From assembly GCA_033809755.1 (NCBI GenBank), contig JAPXLB010000004.1, positions 131,030 through 195,029 of the forward strand: a stretch of DNA of 64,000 nt, given 5' to 3'. Position numbers and translations under genes: made by a program. This document shows positions 21,476 to 32,172 of the stretch, piece after piece (position 1 is the stretch's first letter; every line of letters starts with the position of its first letter). Under the pieces are notes generated by a model that saw only the letters and a list, made by a program, of their open reading frames with translations, had not been told where the DNA came from and did not search any database. The stretch comes from Lentimicrobiaceae bacterium. GTDB taxonomy: Bacteria > Bacteroidota > Bacteroidia > Bacteroidales > UBA4417.

Positions 21476-23831
21476 AATAATCTTATTTTTTGCATTTTTT
21501 TTTCTATGTTTTATACAACTCAAGTCACAAGATGTTGTACAGGGTTACGTTTTAGATGCTAGTTCAAGAGAAAAATTAATAGGCTGTGATATATGCATAT
21601 TGAATACAACTGATGGTGTAGCAAGTAATAATTATGGCTTTTTTAGTTTAAAAGTTGCGAATTTTCCTTCTACCTTAGTTTTTAAGTACGTAGGATACCT
21701 ATCTGATACTGTAGTTGTTTATGCTGATATGCAAAATATTGAGGTTTTGATGAAACCACAAATTATGGAGCTACGGGGGGCAGTTGTAACCGCAAATAGA
21801 GTGCAAATTAACAGTCAGCGAGTGGGAGTTTTAAGGGTTCCTATGAAACAGATTAGTCTCATACCTACTTTGGGTGGCGAAGTTGATGTGATGAAGGCAT
21901 TTCAATTATTACCAGGCGTGCAAAGTGGAGTAGAAGGCACTAGTGGTTTATATGTTAGAGGAGGTACACCTGATCAAAACTTAATACAAATCGACGATGT
22001 TCCTTTATACTATGTAAATCATATCGGCGGATTTATTTCAGTTTTTGATGCCAATGCTATTAATGACATTACACTTGTCAAGGGCGGCTTTCCTGCACGT
22101 TATGGTGGCAGATTAAGTAGTGTTATAGATATTAGAATGAAAACAGGAAATTCTGAAAAAATTAAAAGCGAAGTGGGTGTGGGTCTATTAGCTACTCGTT
22201 TTTTTACTGAAGGTCCTTTGAATACCAAAACTCGTTTTATGTTTAGCATAAGAAGGTGTAATTTGGATTTAGCAACTCGAATTTTTGGTAACTTGTCTGG
22301 GAAAAAATATTCGGCAGGATATACTTTCTACGATTTGTATTCTAAATTTACACATGTGTTAGATAATAAGAATTCGCTCTCAGTTTCGGTATACAATGGA
22401 CGTGATCGTATTTTTTTTAACCAAAAAGAAACTCAATTGAGCTATATTGATAATTATAGTAAATCAAAATCTAATGTCAAGTGGGGTAATATATTAGTTT
22501 CAGCTAAGTGGAATCGTCAGTACACCCCAAATATTTTTGGTAGCACTACTTTTGCATACACATTATTCAACTACATTAACGGTAGTGATTATAAGCTTAA
22601 AGATGCTAATAAAAATATTATCGAAAGCAAAAGTTCATCATTTATATCTTCGGTAAATGATTTAATATTAAAAAAAGAAGTTGATTTTTTTATTAGTAAT
22701 AATACGAAACTTAATGCAGGGGCAAGTTTTATTAATCACGCTTTTTCACCAGGCTTAAATATTTTAAAAAATGTTGATAATGATACTGTTTTTGGTTCAA
22801 CAAAGGTCTTTTCAAATGAAATTATGCTTTATGCTGATAGTGAAATCAAATTTTCAAAACACTGGAGTGGTAATATGGGGTTGCACTTTAACACATATTG
22901 GGTGAAAAAAAGTAGCTTTAGTTCACTGCAACCTCGCTTAACATTGTGTTATACACCGTTAAATAGTGTTAGTCTTAAGGCAAGCTACACATACATGCAA
23001 CAAAACATGCATTTACTTTCAAATAATAATGCCGGCTTGCCTACTGATTTATGGGTGCCAGCGACTAGTAAAACCTTGCCTCTATATAGCAATATGTTAA
23101 GCTTGGGCGTGTTGCTTGATGTTGAAAAATATAGTACAGCAGTTACCATAGAAGGGTACTATAAAGACTTTATTAATTTGATTGAATTTAAAGAAGGAGC
23201 TAGTTTTTTTAATGGTACTAATCAATGGGAAGATAAGATTGAAAGAAATGGTAAAGGTAGAAGTTTTGGTATGGAGTGTTTAATTCAGCAAAAATTAGGC
23301 ATGATTACGGGCTGGGTGGCTTATACGTTAAGTTATAATTTCCGCAATTTTAAAAACATTAACCATGGCGAATGGTTCCCTTATAAATTTGATCGTAGAC
23401 ATAATGTTTCTGTATTTGCAAGTTATCAAATTAATGATAATATTATACTTAGCTCTAATTTCGTTTTCAATACAGGTAACGCAATTACATTGCCTAATGG
23501 TGTATATCCTACAATAAACGAAAGTTTTGTGGATAGCTACTTTTCTGATAATCCTGTTGTAGCAATAAATCAAACTTATGCCAACACATATACGTATGAT
23601 GGCCGTAACCAAGAAAGAATGCCTAACTATCACCGCCTTGATATATCTGCCCGATTTATTAAGCCTAAAAAAACAGGTAAACGTGAATGGGTTATTTCTA
23701 TTTATAATGTTTATAGTAAACTAAATCCCTATTTTGTTTATATTAATACAGATAACGAAAAAAAACTACACTTGTACAAAGTATCATTATTCCCGATTAT
23801 ACCCTCTATTTCTTATATACGTAGCTTTTAG
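21465..23831 (+). CDS. TonB-dependent receptor with N-terminal carboxypeptidase-regulatory-like domain
   Basis: 788 aa. A signal peptide is followed by VQGYVLDASSREKLIGCDICIL (CarboxypepD_reg-like) and a plug region (DVMKAFQLLPGVQSG..GLYVRGGTPDQNLIQIDDVPLY). The C-terminal barrel ends in an aromatic residue (...SYIRSF). Overlaps the upstream gene by 11 nt. Confidence 0.85.
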   Translation: MKNRIILFFAFFFLCFIQLKSQDVVQGYVLDASSREKLIGCDICILNTTDGVASNNYGFFSLKVANFPSTLVFKYVGYLSDTVVVYADMQNIEVLMKPQIMELRGAVVTANRVQINSQRVGVLRVPMKQISLIPTLGGEVDVMKAFQLLPGVQSGVEGTSGLYVRGGTPDQNLIQIDDVPLYYVNHIGGFISVFDANAINDITLVKGGFPARYGGRLSSVIDIRMKTGNSEKIKSEVGVGLLATRFFTEGPLNTKTRFMFSIRRCNLDLATRIFGNLSGKKYSAGYTFYDLYSKFTHVLDNKNSLSVSVYNGRDRIFFNQKETQLSYIDNYSKSKSNVKWGNILVSAKWNRQYTPNIFGSTTFAYTLFNYINGSDYKLKDANKNIIESKSSSFISSVNDLILKKEVDFFISNNTKLNAGASFINHAFSPGLNILKNVDNDTVFGSTKVFSNEIMLYADSEIKFSKHWSGNMGLHFNTYWVKKSSFSSLQPRLTLCYTPLNSVSLKASYTYMQQNMHLLSNNNAGLPTDLWVPATSKTLPLYSNMLSLGVLLDVEKYSTAVTIEGYYKDFINLIEFKEGASFFNGTNQWEDKIERNGKGRSFGMECLIQQKLGMITGWVAYTLSYNFRNFKNINHGEWFPYKFDRRHNVSVFASYQINDNIILSSNFVFNTGNAITLPNGVYPTINESFVDSYFSDNPVVAINQTYANTYTYDGRNQERMPNYHRLDISARFIKPKKTGKREWVISIYNVYSKLNPYFVYINTDNEKKLHLYKVSLFPIIPSISYIRSF

Positions 23832-24013
23832 CCAGTGTTTTTTAGACCTATCGTGCTTGTTATTTCGGTTAATTTTATTAATTGCATTTACTTTTCTGAC
23901 TATTTTTTTGTAATAATAGTATTGTTTATTAACATAGAAATATTTTTTCTTAAATGTTTAATAACAAGTATTCCTTATAATATATAAGCAAAATAACTTG
24001 CGCAGTTAGCAGC

Positions 24014-27000
24014 CTATTTGCCTTGCTGTTTGACTAATTTAAAGTGTTGTACCTTATTATTGTCAAGCATAACTTTTAGATAGTAAACTCCGTCGGCAAG
24101 ATTTTCGATACTAATAAGGTAATTGTTATTGTTTTTATAGCTACCTTGTTTGACTGTATTACCTTTGCTGTCGTATATTATCAGCATCATATCAATGTCT
24201 TGATGATTTCCACTCGTAATGATAAACTTTCCGTTATTAGGATTAGGAAATACAGTTACGTTGCGTGAGCTTTCATTATCTACATTAACATAAGCCAATT
24301 GATATAATGTAACTACAACATTGGCTACATTATTACTTCCGTTTACAGTAATATTGGCGCTTCTAACGACATTGGTTTGGTTCTCTTCGTAGTCTGCTAG
24401 TATGACATCGTTTCCGAAGCCTTGTGGAGTAACTGTACACCATGCAGCATCGGATGTTGCTGTCCAATCAACGTTTGAAGACACGTTAAATTCTACGGTT
24501 CCAGCGTTGTGATTTACTTGAATCTCGGATGGTGTAACACTCATATAAGGTGTTGTTCCTGATTGAACCACTTCTACAATAGCATCGGGGACGTTTGGAG
24601 CAGATACTGTTATTGTAGCTGTCCTGCTATTTACGCTGGCGTTGCTTGTAACTGTAGCTTCAATTGAACCGTCTCCCGTACCTGAGGTCGGATTTATTGT
24701 ACACCAGGTTTCGCTGCTAACAGCATTCCAACTCATATTTGAACTTACATTAAATATTGCGCTACCTCCTTCGTAACCAACACCTTGTTGTGCTGGCGTT
24801 ACGGTTAAGTAGCTAGTAGCAGCTTCTTGTGTTAATGTAACTACAACATCGGGTAGTCCTGTCGAAGAAACTGTAATGTTTGCTATACGTTGTTCTGGGT
24901 TGGTATTTTCGGTGTAAGTAGCTGTGATTGTTCCGTTACCGTTTCCGCTAGGTGTTACTGAGCACCACGACTGGTCTGATGCGGCAGTCCATTCGCCGGA
25001 GGCTGTCACTGTATAATCAACATTGCCTGCATCAGCACTTACGTTGTGATTAGCAGGTTCTACCGATAATACCAAAGGTGTAGCAGCTGCTTGAGTTAGT
25101 GTAACTGTAACATCGGGTAGTCCTGCAGAACTAACGACAATATTTGCTACACGTTGAGTTGTGTTAGTATTTTCGGTGTATGTAGCTGTAATAGTTCCGT
25201 TACCGTTTCCGCTAGGTGTTACGGTACACCAAGTTTGGTTAGATACGGCAGTCCATTCGCCGGAGGCAGTTACTGTATAATCAACGTTACCTGCTGCAGA
25301 GCTTACGTCGTGATTAGCAGGCTCTACGGTTAGCACCAAAGGTGTATTGGCAGCTTGAGTCAGTGTAACTGTAACATCGGGTAACCCTGTCGAAGTAACT
25401 GTAATATTAGCTACACGTTGACTAGTAGTTGTATTTTCGGTGTAATTAGCTGTAATGGTTCCGTTACCGTTGCCACTAGGTGTTACTGTACACCAAGTTT
25501 GGTCTGATACGGCATTCCATGCACCTGAACATACTACGTTGTAATCAACGGTTCCAGCCTGATAACCTACACTATGATTGCTTGGAGTAACGCTTAATGT
25601 GTTGGTTACGTTTCCGTTAATTTCAACATCATCTATTGCCCAATGGTAAGCCCATGAGGCTGTGTAATTAAACTTAATTTTTACGTTGCTTTGGTTATTT
25701 AATTCCGGTATAGATAGTTCTTCTAGGGTTGGATTTGCAGTGGTACTTGTTGTGTAGGAAACTCTTTCCACCCATGTATTACCATCGTCAATGCTGTAAT
25801 AAACTCTTCCTGACGAATTTGTATAATGACGATATTTGTGTTTAAATTTTAGTACTACGTTTGAATATCCGGTAAGGTCTATAGTTGGTGTTATAAGGTC
25901 GGCATTTTGCGAATTTCCCCAACCGTACGTATCGCTATCAATATAGGCGTAATTTCCTGTTAGAATAGGCGCTTGTGATACATTCATAATACCAAATTGC
26001 CATACTTGACCGTTGTTTTGATTATCTTGAATAGTCCAGCATAGAGGTATTGTAGTTTCGTTAAAATTTTCTACAAAAGGCGGATAATAAATACCGCAAT
26101 TAGTTGTAAAACTAACTTGCTGACCGTAAAATGTACCAAAAGAGTTTGTTGCGTAAGCTCTAACGTAATATTTTGTTGAGCTGTTTAAACCGGTAATATT
26201 GCTTGTAAACTGACCAGAGCCTGTTCCATCGCTAGTGTGTTGGTCGCTGATGGTTGGATTTTCTGTTGTTGACCAACATACTCCTCTTTGGGTTATTGCT
26301 GAACCTCCGTCAGATGTTATATTTCCACCGGATACTGCACTATTTGTGGTTATAGAAGTAACAGGATTGGTAGTAAGAACTATACCGCCTGGAGTAAATG
26401 TTTTATCTAGTCCGTATGAAGTTCCATCGCTGTTGGTAGCAGTAATTCTGTAGTGATATGTAGTACCTGGTGTTAATCCTGATAGGTCGGCACTAACATT
26501 CACAGCAGTCGTTCCTGCAGGTAAACTTTGCGTAGTTGTAGTATTTCCATAAGCTTCGGTAGTTCCCCATTCAAAGTGATAAGTAGTAGCCAGGGTGTTT
26601 GGGTTTACTGTACCATTGAGGGTAGCCGAGTTTTGGGTAACGCTGGTAGGATCCAAGGTAATAGCAACAGGATTATTTCCTATTTTGAACGATACTATTC
26701 TAGTATGATTGCCACTTGAGGTTTTTTTGTATTGTGATGTATACCAAAAGGTTATATTGTCGACTGGGTCGACAGCCATTAGCGAGTAGTCGCCCCATCT
26801 GTTAGCATTAGATTGTGATGCTGTTCCTTCTTGAACGCTAATTTCGGGGAAGTCCATTATTCCGCTAGCTAATTGATACTGAGCTTGAGTTTGTCCGGTA
26901 ACTCTAATTCCGGGATAAACCGTACTGCTTGAAATTGAATATCCAAGAGCTATTGCTCCGCTAGCATTCATAGCTATACTACCCATCCATCTGCTGTGCT

Positions 27001-28285
27001 GGTCTGGTGCGTATGTTCCTTGTTGTCTGATAGACCATCCACCTCCGGCTCCTGTACTTGTTTTTCTTAGCTCGTACCACCTAATTCCGGCGTGGTTGGT
27101 ATTATCTACATCGACAGTGTGGCAACATACAATAGTTTGATATGAACCGAAATTTCTGTATTGCGGCACGTTCATAACAACTTGTGGAATAGCATCTAAC
27201 TTTCTGGTAACGCCTGGTTGAGCAATGTTATCCCAGTTATTGCCAAAATTGCTGTCAAATGGTTGAACCTGAAGCTGTTGAACTCTGTTGAACGTAGAAG
27301 CAGAAGGGTTAGTCCAATTGACAGCCAACTCGTATATCCAAAGTTCATCCTGTCCGCCTGAAAAAGCGTCGTCTTTTATCGCAACAAACAGCCCTGGTGT
27401 TCCGGCAGGAGCGAATGTTCCGTCGTTATCAACCGGCGGGACACACATAAAGCCATCAACGCCAACGGGTCTCCAAGGATTATCAAAGCCGATAAACGTT
27501 GGGTTTGGCTGTCCGGTTAACATTGCATCTCTATCAAAAACGTATATATCTCTAGAAGAGCTATTATTCACACCCATGTAGTAACCATCTCGCCATATTC
27601 CTAACTTTTCGTAGTCGGGCATATCGTCAACATCGAAAGAATATTGATACCAAGTGCCTGTTGGGTCGTTGGTAGTTGAGACCGCCATCAGCATAAAGTC
27701 GTTACTACCTGAGATTGAAAACTCAACAGCTACCCATCTGTCAGCCATTTCGTCGTATTGGATTAGTGGGTCACCATCGTTATGCTGTGCTCCGGGGACA
27801 CTTCCGAATAGTTGGTTCATAGCTGTTGGTCCGGCAAGGAGTTGTCCGGTTTTTGAGTATATAGCATAGGTGGTATTAACTGTTTGCATATAATGATTAG
27901 GTCCTGCACTACCGTTTGCATCTGGAGGGTAATAAGGAGAACCCTGTCCTTCGAAATTTTGTAACACATAATTTGAGGTGCTTTTTCCAGCCTTAGAATA
28001 TACCTTCTGAAGAGCCGGGTCTTCACCTTTTGGCAACGCCGTTTCGGCAAATGGGTAGGAGCGATATCTTAATTTAGGATTTAAGACTCTTTTTTGAGCT
28101 TTTTCAGCCATTATTTTGGCTTCTTCTGCATCCATAGGAGGGATGTCACTTAGAGGCTTGCTTATGCCTACGAGTTTACCCGTTTTAATTAATGTTGGAC
28201 TTACGGGTTCGCTTTTTTGTGCTAAAGATGTGCTTGAAACAAACACAAAAAGCATTAGAACGGTGGCTAGGATTAACTTTTTCAT
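24014..28285 (-). CDS. 1423-aa multidomain T9SS cargo protein (unknown N-terminal domain, 2 Fn3-like, MAM-like beta-sandwich, 5 BACON, T9SS C-terminal domain)
   Basis: A signal peptide is followed by Fn3-like units (TLNGTVNPN...TTYHYRITATN; RGVCWSTTENPT...KYYVRAYATN). Five units of about 87 aa (WCTVTPSGNGNGTITATYTENT..R.ANITVSS) match BACON. The C-terminus VTVFPNPNNGKFIIT...GVYYLKVML is a Por secretion tail. Confidence 0.85.
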   Translation of the reverse strand: MKKLILATVLMLFVFVSSTSLAQKSEPVSPTLIKTGKLVGISKPLSDIPPMDAEEAKIMAEKAQKRVLNPKLRYRSYPFAETALPKGEDPALQKVYSKAGKSTSNYVLQNFEGQGSPYYPPDANGSAGPNHYMQTVNTTYAIYSKTGQLLAGPTAMNQLFGSVPGAQHNDGDPLIQYDEMADRWVAVEFSISGSNDFMLMAVSTTNDPTGTWYQYSFDVDDMPDYEKLGIWRDGYYMGVNNSSSRDIYVFDRDAMLTGQPNPTFIGFDNPWRPVGVDGFMCVPPVDNDGTFAPAGTPGLFVAIKDDAFSGGQDELWIYELAVNWTNPSASTFNRVQQLQVQPFDSNFGNNWDNIAQPGVTRKLDAIPQVVMNVPQYRNFGSYQTIVCCHTVDVDNTNHAGIRWYELRKTSTGAGGGWSIRQQGTYAPDQHSRWMGSIAMNASGAIALGYSISSSTVYPGIRVTGQTQAQYQLASGIMDFPEISVQEGTASQSNANRWGDYSLMAVDPVDNITFWYTSQYKKTSSGNHTRIVSFKIGNNPVAITLDPTSVTQNSATLNGTVNPNTLATTYHFEWGTTEAYGNTTTTQSLPAGTTAVNVSADLSGLTPGTTYHYRITATNSDGTSYGLDKTFTPGGIVLTTNPVTSITTNSAVSGGNITSDGGSAITQRGVCWSTTENPTISDQHTSDGTGSGQFTSNITGLNSSTKYYVRAYATNSFGTFYGQQVSFTTNCGIYYPPFVENFNETTIPLCWTIQDNQNNGQVWQFGIMNVSQAPILTGNYAYIDSDTYGWGNSQNADLITPTIDLTGYSNVVLKFKHKYRHYTNSSGRVYYSIDDGNTWVERVSYTTSTTANPTLEELSIPELNNQSNVKIKFNYTASWAYHWAIDDVEINGNVTNTLSVTPSNHSVGYQAGTVDYNVVCSGAWNAVSDQTWCTVTPSGNGNGTITANYTENTTTSQRVANITVTSTGLPDVTVTLTQAANTPLVLTVEPANHDVSSAAGNVDYTVTASGEWTAVSNQTWCTVTPSGNGNGTITATYTENTNTTQRVANIVVSSAGLPDVTVTLTQAAATPLVLSVEPANHNVSADAGNVDYTVTASGEWTAASDQSWCSVTPSGNGNGTITATYTENTNPEQRIANITVSSTGLPDVVVTLTQEAATSYLTVTPAQQGVGYEGGSAIFNVSSNMSWNAVSSETWCTINPTSGTGDGSIEATVTSNASVNSRTATITVSAPNVPDAIVEVVQSGTTPYMSVTPSEIQVNHNAGTVEFNVSSNVDWTATSDAAWCTVTPQGFGNDVILADYEENQTNVVRSANITVNGSNNVANVVVTLYQLAYVNVDNESSRNVTVFPNPNNGKFIITSGNHQDIDMMLIIYDSKGNTVKQGSYKNNNNYLISIENLADGVYYLKVMLDNNKVQHFKLVKQQGK
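24290..25600 (-). repeat. five tandem repeats of about 262 bp encoding BACON domains
   Basis: Repeats 1-3 are highly similar at the DNA level, for example the recurring ttccgttaccgtttccgctaggtgttac and cagtccattcgccggaggc. Repeats 4 and 5 are more diverged. Confidence 0.8.
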
Positions 28286-28302
28286 ATGTTTTATTATTTT
28301 TA

Positions 28303-28417
28303 GTGGTTGGTGGTTGGAGAATGGTGCGTGTTACGTATTTCGCGGTTCGAGTTTTTGCCACGCAACCCGCAACTCGCACCCCGCAACTCGCACCCCGCAA
28401 CTCAATTTCCAACTTCG
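28303..28417. repeat. heptad-periodic palindromic intergenic element, copy B
   Basis: GTGGTTGGTGGTTGG, GTGCGTGTTACGT and GGTTCGAGTTT face CACGCAACCCGCAACTCGCACCCCGCAACTCGCACCCCGCAACTC. The element occupies almost all of the 140-bp gap between the aspS stop and the start of the 1423-aa gene. Confidence 0.8.
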
Positions 28418-28425
28418 TTATATTA

Positions 28426-30177
28426 TTATTTATTCGCAATTATTTTCAAATTAAGTTCTTTAAGTTGTTCGTCGGATATTGGAGATGGAGAATCAATCAT
28501 AACATCTCTGGCGTTGTTGTTTTTTGGGAATGCTATGAAATCTCTAATTGACTCGCTTCCACCAAAAAGAGAACAAATTCTATCAAAGCCGAAGGCTATG
28601 CCACCGTGTGGCGGAGCTCCATATTGTAAGGCTTTTAGTAGAAATCCGAATTTTTCTTCGGCTTCTTCATTAGAAATACCAAGCAATTCAAAGACTTTAT
28701 TTTGCATTTGCTTGTCGTGTATTCTTATTGAGCCGCCACCGACTTCAACACCATTTATTACCATATCGTAGGCGTTGGCTCTAACTTCTGCCGGGTTGGT
28801 ATCCATAAGGTCAATATCGGCAATGTGTGGACTGGTAAACGGGTGATGCTTTGCATAAAAACGTTTATCTTCTTCGTTCCATTCAAGCAATGGGAAATCG
28901 ACAACCCAAAGCGGGGCATATACATCGTGATTGCGCAGTCCTAACTGATTACCCATTTCTAATCGTAGTTCGCAAAGAGCTTTACGAGTATGGTCTGTTT
29001 CTCCCGAAAGGATTAAAATCAAATCGCCTGCTTTTGCATTAAATTTTTCTGCAACTTTTTTAAGGTCGTCTTCGGTGTAGAATTTATCTACAGAAGACCT
29101 GACGCTGCCGTCTTCATTATATTTTATATACACCATGCCTTTAGCTCCAATTTGCGGTTTTCTCACAAAATCGGTAAGAGCGTCTAATTGCTTGCGTGAG
29201 TAGTTTGCACAGCCTTCGGCACAGATGCCGGCAATGTATTCGGCATTATCAAAAACTTGAAATCCTTTTCCTTTTAGTACATCATTGAGTTCGACAAATT
29301 GCATTCCGAAACGTATGTCAGGCTTGTCGGAACCGTATTTAGCCATAGCTTCGCTATATGCCATTCTAGGGAATTCGTTGAGTTCAATGTTTTTAACCTC
29401 TTTAAAAAGGTATTTAATTAAACCTTCAAAGGTATTTAAAACATCATCTTGTTCCACAAACGACATTTCGCAGTCGATTTGAGTAAACTCGGGTTGACGG
29501 TCGGCACGTAGGTCTTCGTCTCTAAAGCATTTTACAATTTGGAAATACTTATCAAATCCTGAAATCATCAAAAGTTGTTTAAAACTTTGCGGCGATTGAG
29601 GCAGAGCATAAAATTCTCCAGGACTAATCCTTGAAGGTACAACATAATCTCTTGCACCTTCGGGAGTGCTTTTAATAAGGACAGGAGTTTCAATCTCCAA
29701 GAAATCGCAGTTGTTGAGATAGTTGCGTGTTTCAAAAGCAAGTTTATGTCGGAGTATTAAATTTTTTCTCAGCGGTGGTCTTCTTAAATCCAAGTATCTG
29801 TACTTCATTCTGAGCTCATCTCCACCGTCGGTGTTTTCTTCTATTGTAAAAGGAGGTATCAGAGATTTATTAAGAATTTGAAAATTATCGACAATAATTT
29901 CGATTTCGCCGGTAGGTATATTAAGATTTTTGCTGCTTCTTTCGGTAACAGTGCCGTGAGCTTTGATAACAAATTCTCTTCCGAGTTCACGTGCTTTTTC
30001 GCAAAGTTCGGGATTCACTTCCATATTAAATGCAAGTTGTGTAATTCCGTATCTATCACGCAAGTCTATAAAGGTTAATCCGCCGAGGTTGCGTATTCTT
30101 TGCACCCAACCTGCAACAGTTACTTTTTCGGATGTGTTTTTTATCGTTAATTCTCCACAATTGTGTGTTCTATGCAT
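28426..30177 (-). CDS. aspS: aspartate--tRNA ligase
   Basis: 583 aa. Motifs are [50 protein letters not shown] and GGGSIRIH...[12 protein letters not shown]. Confidence 0.95.
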   Translation of the reverse strand: MHRTHNCGELTIKNTSEKVTVAGWVQRIRNLGGLTFIDLRDRYGITQLAFNMEVNPELCEKARELGREFVIKAHGTVTERSSKNLNIPTGEIEIIVDNFQILNKSLIPPFTIEENTDGGDELRMKYRYLDLRRPPLRKNLILRHKLAFETRNYLNNCDFLEIETPVLIKSTPEGARDYVVPSRISPGEFYALPQSPQSFKQLLMISGFDKYFQIVKCFRDEDLRADRQPEFTQIDCEMSFVEQDDVLNTFEGLIKYLFKEVKNIELNEFPRMAYSEAMAKYGSDKPDIRFGMQFVELNDVLKGKGFQVFDNAEYIAGICAEGCANYSRKQLDALTDFVRKPQIGAKGMVYIKYNEDGSVRSSVDKFYTEDDLKKVAEKFNAKAGDLILILSGETDHTRKALCELRLEMGNQLGLRNHDVYAPLWVVDFPLLEWNEEDKRFYAKHHPFTSPHIADIDLMDTNPAEVRANAYDMVINGVEVGGGSIRIHDKQMQNKVFELLGISNEEAEEKFGFLLKALQYGAPPHGGIAFGFDRICSLFGGSESIRDFIAFPKNNNARDVMIDSPSPISDEQLKELNLKIIANK

Positions 30178-30234
30178 TTTTTTAACAGTAAAAATTTATA
30201 AATAAGTATTCGGGCACAAAAGTATTAAAAACAC

Positions 30235-31329
30235 TTATATTTTGACAATTTTTTTTCTGATTGGATTTAAATCGCCAAATTTTAGTATATATACGCCTTT
30301 TGGCAGCGACGATAAATCGATAGTTGCAGTTGAAGAATTGCAAATTGTTCTCTTTACCAATACACCTTCATTTGAATACAAGTACATAGGCATGTTTGAT
30401 GCGTTTTGATTTAGGTTTATATTGACAATATTTGTTGCAGGATTGGGAAATATTTGTATTTTGCTTTCCTGAAACTCGGGGATATTGGTATTAGGATTGC
30501 AATTAATTTGCATTATTGAATCGTATTTTCCTATAAGCCATCTTTGCTGGTTGAAGTAAACAACATTTTTTACTGCATTTTTAATTTTGTTTGCTGTGTA
30601 TTCATCTAAAGAAAAGTTGTAAGTTATATTTGCAGGGTCTTTTCGGAAAATAGTAGAGTAGAAGGTACAAGCTGCGGCGTATGAGCCTTCGGGCGAAGGG
30701 TGACTGCCGTCGCTACTATACAGCTCAATTTCTGGGTGTTTGTTTCTGATGTATCTCCAAACGGCTCCGACAGGCGAAACAATAGCGTTGTTGTCGTAGC
30801 CCATCATCATGTAACGCAAGTTTAGTAAGCTATCCATACCTTCGTACGTGCAAACGGGGGGCCAAACCGGGCAATTTTGTTGGTCGCCGTTTTTTCTACC
30901 CCAAGTCATATAAAATACAGTTTCAACGCAGGGTCCGTTGAAGTGGTTTATTAAACTATCCAAAGCTCTAGCGTAAGGAAACACTTCTTGTTGTACTTGC
31001 TGAATGGGGAATGACGGCAACTGACTTTGCTCTTGAAGCACCACATAACCCCAATTACCTTCTCTCAAAAGCCGATTGGTAGTGCTGTTGTACACGTGGT
31101 CTTGAAAGCGATAACCACCGGGTGAGTTTTGCTTGCAGAAAACCGTGTCGCCGGTAGATTCAACGACTTCTTGAAAAATATTAGGCAAATTATTAACAGC
31201 AGTATAACTGTTGCCAATAAACAAAACTCTTTTTTCTTGTGAAAAAGCTGATAATGTGCATAATGCTAACGTCAAAATAAACACAAGTTTAGTCGATTTT
31301 AGGAAATGATTTTTCATACTTTTATTCAT
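30235..31329 (-). CDS. secreted SGNH/GDSL-like hydrolase (DUF4886-like) with T9SS C-terminal domain
   Basis: After the signal peptide come VLFIGNSYT (block I Ser) and SDGSHPSPEGSYAAA (Asp-x-x-His block). The C-terminus IQIFPNPATNIVNINL...KGVYILKF is a Por secretion tail. Confidence 0.7.
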   Translation of the reverse strand: MNKSMKNHFLKSTKLVFILTLALCTLSAFSQEKRVLFIGNSYTAVNNLPNIFQEVVESTGDTVFCKQNSPGGYRFQDHVYNSTTNRLLREGNWGYVVLQEQSQLPSFPIQQVQQEVFPYARALDSLINHFNGPCVETVFYMTWGRKNGDQQNCPVWPPVCTYEGMDSLLNLRYMMMGYDNNAIVSPVGAVWRYIRNKHPEIELYSSDGSHPSPEGSYAAACTFYSTIFRKDPANITYNFSLDEYTANKIKNAVKNVVYFNQQRWLIGKYDSIMQINCNPNTNIPEFQESKIQIFPNPATNIVNINLNQNASNMPMYLYSNEGVLVKRTICNSSTATIDLSSLPKGVYILKFGDLNPIRKKIVKI

Positions 31330-31500
31330 ATATTTATTTAGTTACAAAGGTAGAAAATAATTAATAAGTACATTATTATATAGATAAAAAGAACAAAAAC
31401 TTATGGAAATAGAAGACAAACTAGATGGGAATGATGAAAAAATTGAGTAACTATACCGATTTTTAATACAAAAATTTTACCTTTACAAAAAAATAATATA

Positions 31501-32166
31501 ATGATAATATCACCATCAATATTGTCGGCAAATATGCTAAACTTGGCAGCCGACATTGAAATGATAAACAAAAGCAAGGCTCAATGGGTTCACCTTGACA
31601 TAATGGACGGCAGGTTTGTTCCTAATATTTCCTTTGGTATTCCTGTGGTAAAGGCGGTTCGTAAAGCTACCGACAAAATTTTGGATGTACACCTTATGAT
31701 TGTTGAGCCGGAAAAGTATTTTGCCGCATTTGCGGATGCCGGAGCCGATTTAATAAGTTTTCACGTAGAGGCTACAAATCACGTGCACCGATGTATATAC
31801 CAAATTAAAGAAATGGGCAAGAAGGTAGGAATTGTATTAAATCCGCACACACCGCTTGTTAGCATAAAGGAGGTTCTCATTGATGTGGATTTGGTGTTGC
31901 TTATGTCGGTTAATCCGGGATTTGGAGGACAGCAGTTTATTAAAAACACCTATTCAAAAGTGCGTGAACTAAACGAAATGATTAGGATATTTAATTCTTC
32001 GGCAATAATACAAGTTGACGGAGGTGTAAACCTCGAAAATGCCCAAGATTTGGCAAACGACGGAGCAACTTGTTTGGTTGCAGGCAATAGCGTATTCGGT
32101 TCGCCAAATCCTATTGAGGTTATTAATAAAATGGAAGCAATAAAAGATGAATCAATAAATATATAG
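31501..32166 (+). CDS. rpe: ribulose-phosphate 3-epimerase
   Basis: SPSILSAN, HLDIMDGRFVPNISFG, LDVHLMI, MSVNPGFGGQQF and VDGGVN. Confidence 0.93.
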   Translation: MIISPSILSANMLNLAADIEMINKSKAQWVHLDIMDGRFVPNISFGIPVVKAVRKATDKILDVHLMIVEPEKYFAAFADAGADLISFHVEATNHVHRCIYQIKEMGKKVGIVLNPHTPLVSIKEVLIDVDLVLLMSVNPGFGGQQFIKNTYSKVRELNEMIRIFNSSAIIQVDGGVNLENAQDLANDGATCLVAGNSVFGSPNPIEVINKMEAIKDESINI

Positions 32167-32172
32167 TACATT

